In this document: positions 17,974 to 26,874 of the stretch, piece after piece | How the letters are laid out: the number at the start of each line of letters is the position of its first letter | Position numbering within the stretch: position 1 is the stretch's first letter | Source: Clostridia bacterium | GTDB taxonomy: Bacteria; Bacillota; Clostridia; Christensenellales; SZUA-584 | Assembly (NCBI GenBank): GCA_018648645.1 | Contig: JABGQS010000013.1 | Coordinates: 2,994-66,993 of the forward strand | DNA length: 64,000 nt | Direction: 5' to 3' | Program-made: the position numbers and the translations under genes | Notes under the pieces: generated by a model | Databases searched by the model: none | The model's input: the letters and a program-made list of their open reading frames with translations, nothing else | Told to the model about the DNA's origin: nothing

Positions 17974-18026
17974 GAAGCACCTCCATAATTCGAATCAAAT
18001 ATTTTTAATAATGCACCATATATCCG

Positions 18027-18063
18027 AAGCAACCGTGCCGAGCCTATATATTTTCGGTTGCTT
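18027..18063. promoter_or_regulatory. 9-bp inverted repeat in the rpiR/transketolase divergent region (candidate operator)
   Basis: AAGCAACCG (18027-18035), 19 nt, CGGTTGCTT (18055-18063). Confidence 0.35.
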
Positions 18064-18115
18064 ATTATATAATATCACAGATTGCAGATAAAATAAAATA
18101 TTATATAAAAATAAA

Positions 18116-18144
18116 TTGACAAAAATAAATATTATATGTATCAT
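18116..18144 (+). promoter_or_regulatory. Sigma-70-type promoter for the split transketolase genes
   Basis: TTGACA, 17 nt, TATCAT. Confidence 0.5.
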
Positions 18145-18210
18145 GGGTATATAGAAGACAGTGGCGTGAACTTTGCACGTACCTCAAATAATTGTTTTAG
18201 GGAGAATGGT

Positions 18211-19044
18211 ATGAAAAGACGAAATGACCTGGAGAAGTTTTGTATTAAGATTCGGATTGAGACACTAAAGCAAATTGGCAACTTGGGATTTGGTCATGTG
18301 GGCGGGTGCATGTCTATCGCAGAAACACTTGCTGTCTTGTACGGCGGCGTGATGAAAACTGACAGTGCGAATCCTAAATGGGAGCAAAGAGACTGGCTGG
18401 TAATCTCGAAGGGGCATGCAGGACCTGCCATATATTCGACTTTGGCGTTGAGAGGGTTTTTCGATATGTCGCTGCTAAAAACGCTAAACAGGGGCGGAAC
18501 CTCGCTGCCGAGCCATTGTGATAAGAACAAAACAATTGGTATTGATGTGACAACAGGGTCACTTGGGCAGGGGATATCTCAGGCGATTGGTATTGCATTG
18601 GGGCATAAGCTGAAGAAGATGGATAATTGGGTGTATTTGATACTTGGTGACGGAGAGCTGCAGGAGGGTCAAGTTTGGGAAGGCGCGATGTTTGCGCCGC
18701 ATCACAATTTGGATAATTTGATTGCGTTTGTAGATAACAATAAGCAGCAGCTGGATGGGTTTACGCAGGATATTTTGAATGTGGAAAGTATTCATAAAAA
18801 GTTTGAGGCGTTTAATTGGCATGTGCAGTCGATTGATGGTCACGATGTAATCGCAATCGAAGAAGCTGTGGAATGTGCAAAGAAAGCGGCAGGCAAGCCA
18901 TCGGTTATTATACTGGAAACGCAAAAGGGCAAGTGTTGCACATACACAGAAGGGGTGCTGGATAATCATCATATCAGTGTATGCGAGCAGGACACAAAGC
19001 GCGCGGTAGCAAAGCTGGAAGCGCAGCTGGCCAAATACGAATAG
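18211..19044 (+). CDS. Transketolase, N-terminal (TPP-binding) subunit
   Basis: GGGAGAA RBS, then ATG 18211. Motifs GHVGGCMSIAE, SKGHAGPAIY, GDGELQEGQVWE. Confidence 0.9.
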   Translation: MKRRNDLEKFCIKIRIETLKQIGNLGFGHVGGCMSIAETLAVLYGGVMKTDSANPKWEQRDWLVISKGHAGPAIYSTLALRGFFDMSLLKTLNRGGTSLPSHCDKNKTIGIDVTTGSLGQGISQAIGIALGHKLKKMDNWVYLILGDGELQEGQVWEGAMFAPHHNLDNLIAFVDNNKQQLDGFTQDILNVESIHKKFEAFNWHVQSIDGHDVIAIEEAVECAKKAAGKPSVIILETQKGKCCTYTEGVLDNHHISVCEQDTKRAVAKLEAQLAKYE

Positions 19045-19055
19045 GGGAGGCAGTG

Positions 19056-20018
19056 ATGAATATAAAATTGGCGGAGAATAGATTATTGGAAGAGACGAGC
19101 TTGGCAGATGCCTACTTGGATACGCTGCTGGAGCTGGCGCGCAGTGACGAGAGCGTCATGTCCTTAGAAGCGGATTTGATGAAATCGATTGGTGTGAAGT
19201 TTATTGAGAAGTTTCCTAAAAGAACGATTAACTGTGGCATTGCTGAGGCGAATATGGTAGGCGTTGCGACCGGTCTTGGAGCGGTAGGAATGAAAGCGTA
19301 TACACATACGTTTGCGCCGTTTTTAACCAGAAGAGCGTATGACCAGATATTTATAACGACAGCGTACGGGAAGGGGAACGTGAAGCTGATAGGCAGCGAC
19401 CCCGGAATAACTGCGGCGTATAACGGCGGAACGCATATGCCGTTTGAAGATGCAGGATTATTGAGGATGGTACCGGACGCAATCGTAATTGACATCTCGG
19501 ATTCGACAATGCTCAAATGCGTGTTAAAAGATATAAAGGATATTTTCGGTGTGCAATATGTGCGAATGCCGCGATGTGCGGTAGACAAAATTTATGCGTG
19601 TGATAGTGTGTTTGATATCGGTAAGGGGATTGTGCTTAAAGACGGGACCGATGCAACGATTATTGCTTCCGGGATTCTGGTGAGCGAGGCGCTTGATGCA
19701 GCGCACCAGCTGGAGCAGGAGGGAATCAGCGCAAGAGTTGTCGATATGTTTACTTGGAAACCGATAGATAAGGATTTGATAGTTAAGTGCGCAAAGGAAA
19801 CGGGTGCGATTGTGACAGCAGAGAACCACAACATAGTTAACGGTCTCGGCTCGGCCGTTGCAGAAGTGTTGGGAGAGAACAGCCCGGTAATCATGAGCAG
19901 GATAGGCTGTAAGGATAGGTTTGGAGAGGTTGGCTCGAAAGAATATTTGATGGACGAGTTTGAGATGACGGCAGATGATATTGCTAAGCAAGTGAAGGTA
20001 GTCTTGAATCAGAAGTGA
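19056..20018 (+). CDS. Transketolase, C-terminal (pyrimidine-binding) subunit
   Basis: GGGGAGG RBS, then ATG 19056. Motifs CGIAEANMVGVATG and THTFAPF. Confidence 0.9.
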   Translation: MNIKLAENRLLEETSLADAYLDTLLELARSDESVMSLEADLMKSIGVKFIEKFPKRTINCGIAEANMVGVATGLGAVGMKAYTHTFAPFLTRRAYDQIFITTAYGKGNVKLIGSDPGITAAYNGGTHMPFEDAGLLRMVPDAIVIDISDSTMLKCVLKDIKDIFGVQYVRMPRCAVDKIYACDSVFDIGKGIVLKDGTDATIIASGILVSEALDAAHQLEQEGISARVVDMFTWKPIDKDLIVKCAKETGAIVTAENHNIVNGLGSAVAEVLGENSPVIMSRIGCKDRFGEVGSKEYLMDEFEMTADDIAKQVKVVLNQK

Positions 20019-20037
20019 TCCGGTTCTTTTAAACAGG

Positions 20038-20060
20038 CGGAAAAAACATTTTCCGTTATT
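20038..20060 (+). terminator. Small terminator hairpin just after transketolase
   Basis: CGGAAAA-aaca-TTTTCCG followed by TTATT. Confidence 0.45.
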
Positions 20061-20112
20061 GATACTAAATTAAGTTGTCTACAGATGCAGACTGCTATAG
20101 ATCCCCGAATCC

Positions 20113-20160
20113 AAGCCCCCTTCAATCGTGATTTCGCGACTAAAGGGGGCTTTGCCATTT
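20113..20160 (+). terminator. Second, G+C-rich hairpin downstream of transketolase
   Basis: AAGCCCCCTT (20113-20122) pairs with AAGGGGGCTT (20143-20152); 20-nt loop. Confidence 0.5.
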
Positions 20161-20483
20161 AATTATGAGTTCAATTGGGATAATGAAATATATCTAATAT
20201 ATGAAAGAGGTTTATATTGCAACAATGAATGTCGGAAAAGAGTAAGTCTGTGAATGCCAGATGTTTTTTTGTTTGTTAGAAGGCTGAGCAGCGTTCAATA
20301 AGTGCAAAGCAATTATTATATTAATTGCATTAAAGGATATGTGATTACAAATCTAGAATAAGTTCATATAAAACGTATTTGTAGCAAAAAGCAAACCTAC
20401 CTTTCTAATTATTATCAAAGCACCAGCCAATTTGCGCATTTTACTGAAACCAAAACTATGCTGATTAAACAAGGAGACGTATT

Positions 20484-21845
20484 ATGAAAAATCCGAAAGT
20501 TGTCATCATTGGGTCCGGCAGCCAATTCACAGAGTTCTTTTTACAGGAGTATTTCAAGTATGAAAAGTTTAAAGGCAGCACGCTTGTTTTTGTAGACAGG
20601 AAACCGGAACGATTAAAAGAGGAATTAAGGCTTGCAAATAAACTTAACGAAGTACTTGAATGGAACGTCAACATTTCGGGCACCGGCGAGAGGCTAGAGG
20701 CGCTTGAGGGCGCAGATTTCGTTTATTGCTTTGTAGCCGTAAATTCAAACGAAGCTTGGGACATGGAGTTTAAGATAAGTCAGAAACATGGGCTCAATCC
20801 TTTTGAAGCATATACCGGGGGTGCTGCCGGTTTAAGTTTTGCTATGAGACACGTTCCGCTTATGCTGGACATTTGTTATGACATAGAGAAAATTTGTCCT
20901 GATGCATGGCTGATTCTGGACAATAATCCACTTGCAAAGATGCTTGCGGCTATTCAGACTTACGCAAACGTAAAATTCATCGGATATTGCAACGGTCACG
21001 AGCTGATGGGAACTGCCTTGGAGCAATTTATGGACATGACCGACAGAGACGAATCGCTAAAAAATGCAGACCCGATTGAGCGCGAGTTTATGGTTCCGTC
21101 AGGCAGTATAGATATTCTTCTCGCGGGGATAAACCACATTCAGTGGGCATTGGAGATAAAGGATTCCAAGACCGGCGAGGACTTATATCCCAAGGTAATG
21201 GAAAAGATATATAGCACAAAAATATCAGATTTCCCTGCAGGATACCGATTCTCTTTTGAAATAGCAAAGGATTTCGGTCTTATACCTTCTCCGGCCGACA
21301 ATCACGCGGGCGACTACATCTGGTGCGTGGACGATAAAATTGCATCGGATGCAGGACTAGAGCCATACCCTGTCAGCTTGTGGTTCGGCGGCAAAGATGC
21401 TTCCGGGTGGAGAAAAGTCGCAGACAAGGTTGACGACAAGCGCTCGGCCCTTCGATACGTTAATGAAAGACGAACGGGCTGGATGAACTTGCTTATAGCG
21501 CACCACATGCTTTCAGACGGTCCTAAGTATTTCCCTGCGATAAACATCCAGAACAACGGAGCAATTTCTAATTTAAGCGACGATATTATTGTAGAAGTTC
21601 CGGCAATTATAGGTCCCGATTTCGTTAGTGCTGTTCAGGTTGGTCCGCTTCCCGAGCCGATTGCAGCAATTTGCGAGCTTCACGGCAGGATCAACAACAT
21701 CGTTGCAGACGCAGCTGCTACAGGCTCAAAAGACATAGCGCTGCAGGCTCTGATGCTAGACCCGTTTATCCATAGTGTCACAAAAGCAAAGGCATTGCTT
21801 GAGGATATTTTGCAGCACAACAAAAAATACGACACGCGGTTTTAG
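20484..21845 (+). CDS. Glycoside hydrolase family 4 (NAD+/Mn2+-dependent alpha-glucosidase/galactosidase-like)
   Basis: AAGGAG RBS. N-terminal Rossmann KVVIIGSGSQF and GYCNGH (the Cys/His metal site region typical of GH4). Confidence 0.8.
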   Translation: MKNPKVVIIGSGSQFTEFFLQEYFKYEKFKGSTLVFVDRKPERLKEELRLANKLNEVLEWNVNISGTGERLEALEGADFVYCFVAVNSNEAWDMEFKISQKHGLNPFEAYTGGAAGLSFAMRHVPLMLDICYDIEKICPDAWLILDNNPLAKMLAAIQTYANVKFIGYCNGHELMGTALEQFMDMTDRDESLKNADPIEREFMVPSGSIDILLAGINHIQWALEIKDSKTGEDLYPKVMEKIYSTKISDFPAGYRFSFEIAKDFGLIPSPADNHAGDYIWCVDDKIASDAGLEPYPVSLWFGGKDASGWRKVADKVDDKRSALRYVNERRTGWMNLLIAHHMLSDGPKYFPAINIQNNGAISNLSDDIIVEVPAIIGPDFVSAVQVGPLPEPIAAICELHGRINNIVADAAATGSKDIALQALMLDPFIHSVTKAKALLEDILQHNKKYDTRF

Positions 21846-21851
21846 CGCATT

Positions 21852-23141
21852 ATGACTGATCCTCATATAGATTATGATGTGTATGCGCAGATGTCTCTTG
21901 GCGAAATTAATATATCGTCGCGGGAGAAGGCGCATCTGCGAGCTCTCGCGTCTACCCTCGCGCAAGTTGCGGCACAGCCAAAGCAGGAGCAGAAGAGAAA
22001 TCTTTGGCTTAAACACAACGCTTTGGAGCAGACCAGACCGCTGGTTTTCTGTTTGCCCGAAAACGCATGGAACGAGATTTTGGACGAAAGCGCGCTTTTC
22101 TGTGAAAACGAAACGGCGAGGTATTTCGAGACCCGCCTGACAAAGGAAATTCTCTGGGCGACTGAGTTTGAAACAGACAGGGTGGCAGTCGCGCAGTTTA
22201 GAGTTCCGTACATCTATAGCAGAACAGGTTGGGGGGTTAAAGAGGAGATTATCGGACAGGGTGGCAATAACGCTTACACATGGAACCCTTCCATTGCGTC
22301 CTTCGATGACATCCATAAACTACGAGCACCCAAAATCCATGTGGACTATATTGCCACGGGCAGACTTTTTGATGCGGCGCAGGACACTTTTGGCGACATA
22401 TTGCAAGTCACAAAAAAGGGACTTTGGTGGTGGAGTCTTGGGCTCACGATGGACTTGATAAAGTTTAGGGGGCTCCAGCAATTTCTTATAGACATGTATG
22501 ACAATCCTGATGGAATTCATGAGCTTATGGCGTTCATTCGCAACGCGAAAATGGAGATGCTGGACTTTCTTGAGCAAAACAATCTCTTGAGCCTAAACAA
22601 CGACAGAACGCATTTGGGTATAGGCGGGCATGGGTTTAGTAATCAACTGCCGCAAAACGATTTTGCCGGGGTTGTACGAACTGCGGACATGTGGGGGTTC
22701 AGCGAAAGTCAGGAGACCGTAGGCGTTTCGGGCGAAATGTTTGCAGAGTTTATACTGCCGTATCAGATACCTTTGGCAGAGCGGTTTGGGCTAAACGCAT
22801 ATGGCTGCTGCGAGCCTTTGGATAACAGGATTGAGCACGTGCTGAACGGCATTCCCAATTTGCGAAAAGTGGCGGTATCGCCTTGGTCAGATTTGAAGAA
22901 CATGGCAGCAAGGCTGCAGGACAAATACATTATTAGCTATAAACCGAACCCGGCAATGCTGGCGGTGGATTGCTTGGACGAAAAAGAGATCCGGAGAAAT
23001 CTAAAAGCCGATATGAAAATCGCGCGCAAACATAACGCCAGACTGGAAGTGTTTATGCAAGACACGTATACGTTGTTTGGAAACAGGGAGAACCTTTCAA
23101 AATGGTGCAGGATAGCCCGGCAAGTGTCAATGGGACTATAA
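21852..23141 (+). CDS. Uncharacterised enzyme, possibly a uroporphyrinogen-decarboxylase-like (URO-D-like) TIM barrel
   Basis: Starts 6 nt after the GH4 stop, so it is probably co-translated. 429 aa with no TM segment. The C-terminal region FGLNAYGCCEPLDNRIEHVL..LRKVAVSPWSD resembles URO-D-like/methyltransferase-like barrels. The gene call is safe; the function is not. Confidence 0.6.
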   Translation: MTDPHIDYDVYAQMSLGEINISSREKAHLRALASTLAQVAAQPKQEQKRNLWLKHNALEQTRPLVFCLPENAWNEILDESALFCENETARYFETRLTKEILWATEFETDRVAVAQFRVPYIYSRTGWGVKEEIIGQGGNNAYTWNPSIASFDDIHKLRAPKIHVDYIATGRLFDAAQDTFGDILQVTKKGLWWWSLGLTMDLIKFRGLQQFLIDMYDNPDGIHELMAFIRNAKMEMLDFLEQNNLLSLNNDRTHLGIGGHGFSNQLPQNDFAGVVRTADMWGFSESQETVGVSGEMFAEFILPYQIPLAERFGLNAYGCCEPLDNRIEHVLNGIPNLRKVAVSPWSDLKNMAARLQDKYIISYKPNPAMLAVDCLDEKEIRRNLKADMKIARKHNARLEVFMQDTYTLFGNRENLSKWCRIARQVSMGL

Positions 23142-23246
23142 TTTGAGCAGATTCCTTAGACATAATATCTACTGAGCTACGCACTTATAGCCGCATCCCC
23201 ATGCGAGAAACAGAGAACTTTAATAAGCTATTCTTTCGCTGCTATG

Positions 23247-23879
23247 TCAAGCCATTGGGTTCTCATCTATGAGCAGAGCACGTACAGGCGCGGCTTCTGC
23301 GCCCGCGATACTCAGAGGAGCCGCTATCAAAAAATATCGCCCCTCGTCGATGTGCGCCAAGCGCAGACCTTCGAGTATCGGGATGTCATTGCCAAGCAAA
23401 GCGATATGCGTTTCGTGATTTGGCTGAGCGCGCTCGATACCAAGCGAGTCGATACCGACACCGATGATGCCGAGATCCGCGAGAAACTGCGCACCGCTCT
23501 TCTCCAAATATACATAGTCGCTGTCAAACTCGTCCTGCAATGAATTTCGTGTCTTGAGAAGCACAAAATCACCCGGCTCAATTTGTTTGTTTTGAAGATC
23601 ACTTTTCGTGATGTAATCATTAACCGAAGTCAAATCGAGAACCTTGCACCACGTGACCACTTTGCTGAGGTCTGTTTGGTCGATGGTTTTGCCGCCTTCA
23701 ATCATGTGCAGCGGCGCGTCCATATGCGTGCCCGTATGCATGTGCATTGCAAGTGCCGATTCATAGGCGTTGCTGCTGCCAAAGTCTCTGTTTACTTGCA
23801 TCTTCGGTTTGTTTTCCGTTCTGTTTTTATACACCTGCATATCGGGTGCAATTGCCATCGAAATGTCGTATATTTTCAT
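23247..23879 (-). CDS. Cyclase-family metal hydrolase (kynurenine/aryl formamidase-like)
   Basis: GAGGT RBS. Signature HxGTHxDxPxH is present as HTGTHMDAPLH. Confidence 0.8.
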   Translation of the reverse strand: MKIYDISMAIAPDMQVYKNRTENKPKMQVNRDFGSSNAYESALAMHMHTGTHMDAPLHMIEGGKTIDQTDLSKVVTWCKVLDLTSVNDYITKSDLQNKQIEPGDFVLLKTRNSLQDEFDSDYVYLEKSGAQFLADLGIIGVGIDSLGIERAQPNHETHIALLGNDIPILEGLRLAHIDEGRYFLIAAPLSIAGAEAAPVRALLIDENPMA

Positions 23880-23891
23880 AATCTACCTCAA

Positions 23892-25361
23892 TTATTGTTT
23901 GTTCCACCACTCGCGTTCGTCGCTGCTCATCAGCTCCTGCGCAGCCTGTGGACCCCAAGTTCCTGCGTCGTAGTTCGGGAAATCCGGCGCATCATTCTGC
24001 CATCGCGCGCTCAACTGGTCAGCAAACGCCCATGAGCTTTTTATCTCGTCCCAGCTCGGGAACAGCGTCGCGTCTCCGTGCATCGCATCATGTAAAAGCC
24101 TCTCGTATGCCTGCGGCGAGTTGAACCCGAAGTGGCAGTGCTGGCAGAAATTCATTTGCACCGGCACGATGTCATCGTTCGTTCCGGGCTTCTTCGCGTT
24201 AAACTCAAAAGCCACGCCCTCTTCGGGGTGTATCTTTATAATCAAACGGTTTGGTCCGCAATCGCCAAACTGACTGGACGGCATAATCTCCGCCTGCTTT
24301 TTAAACTCAATCATAACTTGCGTTGTCTTGGCGGGCATCCGCTTGCCCGTCCTCAGATAAAAGGGAACGCCCCTCCAGCGCTCGTTGTTGATAAACAACT
24401 TCATGGCAGCAAACGTTTCGGTATCCGAATCCTCTGCCACAAGCGATTCGCTCCTATACGCTTTCATCAGCTGCCCGTCATTTTCGCCTTCGCCGTACTG
24501 TCCGCGCACACTTTTCGCCTTTTTGTTGTCAGCTATCAAGTGTTTCAGCACAGCCAGTTTGCGCTCGCGTATGTGCTTCTCGTCAAAGCTTTTTGGCGGC
24601 TCTACGGCAATCAGCATCAGCATCTGCACAAGGTGGTTTTGCACCATGTCACGTAGCGCCCCAAAGCGCTCGTAATACCCACCGCGCGTGCCAACGCCAA
24701 CTGTCTCGCAAGCAGATATCTGCACATGATCGATACTCTCTTTGTTCCACACAGCCTCGAATGCGATGTTCGCAAATCGAATCACTAAAAGGTTTTGCAG
24801 CATCGATTTCCCAAGATAATGATCTACGCGATAAACACTTTCCTCGTCAAACGCGTCGCAGATTCTCTTGTTCAGATACTGCGCCGTTTTAAGGTTTCTG
24901 CCAAACGGCTTTTCGATCACGACCCGCCGCCAAGCCCCCTTTTTGCGCGCCATATCGTGCGCGCCGAGCTTGCCTACAATGGTCTCAAAATATTCGGGCG
25001 AGACGGCTAGATAATACAGCACGTTGCAGTCGCTCGAAAGCGCCGCCAGTTTCTCTTTCAGCACGGCGTAACCGCTGTCATCATCAAAGGTTTGCCGATG
25101 ATAATAAATGCACTTGCTAAACTCGCTCCACGTCACTTCATCTATCGGCAGCTCGTTGCTTTCCTGCACGCTATTATAAATACCCTGCACGTAATCGTCG
25201 TTTGTAAGGTCGCGCCTGCCGACAGCGATAACGTGAAACATCTTTGGCAAAAGGGCATCCATTTTCAGCCGATACAGAGCCGGCATCAGTTTTGTGTGCG
25301 TCAAATCGCCCGTTCCGCCGAATATAACCATGACACATGGCTGCGTGTTGTCTACTTGCAC
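23892..25361 (-). CDS. zwf: Glucose-6-phosphate 1-dehydrogenase
   Basis: Motifs VIFGGTGDLTHTKL, EKPFG, RVDHYLGK. My preferred start is GTG at 25361, 5 nt after AGGAAGGTGG. Alternative starts are ATG 25391 and the listed 25463, which overlap gnd. Confidence 0.9.
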   Translation of the reverse strand: MQVDNTQPCVMVIFGGTGDLTHTKLMPALYRLKMDALLPKMFHVIAVGRRDLTNDDYVQGIYNSVQESNELPIDEVTWSEFSKCIYYHRQTFDDDSGYAVLKEKLAALSSDCNVLYYLAVSPEYFETIVGKLGAHDMARKKGAWRRVVIEKPFGRNLKTAQYLNKRICDAFDEESVYRVDHYLGKSMLQNLLVIRFANIAFEAVWNKESIDHVQISACETVGVGTRGGYYERFGALRDMVQNHLVQMLMLIAVEPPKSFDEKHIRERKLAVLKHLIADNKKAKSVRGQYGEGENDGQLMKAYRSESLVAEDSDTETFAAMKLFINNERWRGVPFYLRTGKRMPAKTTQVMIEFKKQAEIMPSSQFGDCGPNRLIIKIHPEEGVAFEFNAKKPGTNDDIVPVQMNFCQHCHFGFNSPQAYERLLHDAMHGDATLFPSWDEIKSSWAFADQLSARWQNDAPDFPNYDAGTWGPQAAQELMSSDEREWWNKQ

Positions 25362-25374
25362 AGTATCCACCTTC

Positions 25375-26271
25375 CTATTTCTTATCGACATCGTGTCCGC
25401 CAAACTCGCCACGCAGCGCCGCAACCACTTTTGTCGAAAAGGACTCGCTTTGCTGCGAGCCAAAACGAGTAAGCAGCGCGGTTGTAATAACGGGCGTTGG
25501 CACTTTCAGCTCGAGCGCTTCCTGCGTGCTCCAAAGACCTTCGCCCGACGAATGCGCGATGTCCTTGATATCGGAAAGCTGTGCGTCTTTGGAAAACGCG
25601 CTTTGTGCCAGCTCCATCAGCCAGCCCCGAATGACCGAGCCGTTGCTCCACACTTTTGCGACCGCTTCGTTGTCTATGTCGAAACGGCCTTTCTCGAGGA
25701 TATCAAAGCCCTCTCCGATGGCTTGCATCATGCCGTACTCCACGCCGTTGTGCACCATCTTGACGAAATGTCCCGACCCGTTTGCGCCGGTATGCAGGTA
25801 CCCGTTTTCTACGCAGATGTCAGCAAATATCTGCTCGATATGCGCAAAAACTTTATCCTTCGCGCCAATCATTGTGCACGCGCCGTCTCGCGCGCCGCTA
25901 ATGCCGCCGCTTGTGCCCACGTCAACAAAATCGATACCCAGCGCATCAAGTTTTGCAAAACGCCGCAGTGTGTCTTTATAGTTCGAGTTGCCGCCGTCGA
26001 TGATAATGTCGTTTTTATTAAGCAGGGGTATCAGCTGATCGATCAACGAGTCTACCGCATCGCCCGCCGGAACCATCAACCAAATCACGCGCCGCTCACC
26101 GAGAGACTGCACCAGCGCAGGCAAGCTGTGCGCGCCAGTCGCACCGTGCTTCTGCGCGCTCTGCGTTTTGTTCGGTGCCGTGTCGTATGCAACTACCTCG
26201 TGTCCGTGATCCAGCAGATTCAAGGTCAGATTAAACCCCATTTTACCAAGACCAACCATTCCAATTTTCAT
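25375..26271 (-). CDS. gnd: 6-phosphogluconate dehydrogenase, decarboxylating (short, ~300-aa type)
   Basis: GGGAG RBS, then ATG 26271. Motifs MKIGMVGLGKMGFNL and GHFVKMVHNGVEYGMMQ. Confidence 0.9.
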   Translation of the reverse strand: MKIGMVGLGKMGFNLTLNLLDHGHEVVAYDTAPNKTQSAQKHGATGAHSLPALVQSLGERRVIWLMVPAGDAVDSLIDQLIPLLNKNDIIIDGGNSNYKDTLRRFAKLDALGIDFVDVGTSGGISGARDGACTMIGAKDKVFAHIEQIFADICVENGYLHTGANGSGHFVKMVHNGVEYGMMQAIGEGFDILEKGRFDIDNEAVAKVWSNGSVIRGWLMELAQSAFSKDAQLSDIKDIAHSSGEGLWSTQEALELKVPTPVITTALLTRFGSQQSESFSTKVVAALRGEFGGHDVDKK

Positions 26272-26629
26272 GATTTGCACTCCCTTTATTAATCGGTTGA
26301 GCTATTAAGTTCACTCACTTTCAATTATACCATATAACTGTCGCGTTACGCTCTTTTAGATTCTGACGATGCAAAAGTTTCTTTTTCCTTTAAATTGATG
26401 AAGCTGTCAAAAGTATTAACCTTGAGCGGTTCTCTGAAGTGTCGTGTCGCTGCCTGCGTCGCCTATTGCGCAAAAATTCTTGCTCGGATAGAAACTGAAC
26501 CCCGCGGACGTCAATCCTATGGTCATGATATTCGATTACTTCGCAAATTCAAACCCACCAAATAAGCACAAACGAGTTCATATCTGTGCCGATTTGCCCC
26601 ATTTGCAAGCGACAAACACAAAATAACGA

Positions 26630-26658
26630 TTGCTGAAATGCCGAAATTACTGTATAAT
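26630..26658 (+). promoter_or_regulatory. Sigma-70-type promoter for citrate synthase
   Basis: TTGCTG, 17 nt, TATAAT. Implies a ~210-nt leader. Confidence 0.5.
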
Positions 26659-26874
26659 AGTATATATATTCTGAACTGTAGAAGAAATTTGCTGTACCAA
26701 TATTAAAGGGATGGGTTTGTAGGATTAAGACACCATAACACAAATTGATATTATGAAATCTGCAGAAAACCACTTTCGTCAGAGTAGCATTACTCGGCTG
26801 GGTCAGCTTTACAAACTATAAATGCCCCCAAATTAGTATTAGGCTGTGATAAAAAATTATGAAGGAGTACCACT

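Noticed and set aside
25294-26292. A 332-aa + strand ORF, with further ORFs at 25337-25981, antisense to gnd.
   Set aside because: It lies entirely opposite a gene with clear 6PGDH motifs. Its translation is Arg/Cys/Ala-rich and low in complexity, with no RBS. This is a typical shadow ORF of a GC-rich gene.
26549-26773. A 74-aa minus-strand ORF between gnd and citrate synthase.
   Set aside because: It has no RBS, overlaps the predicted citrate synthase promoter and leader, and its sequence is Tyr/Phe/Cys-rich and implausible.
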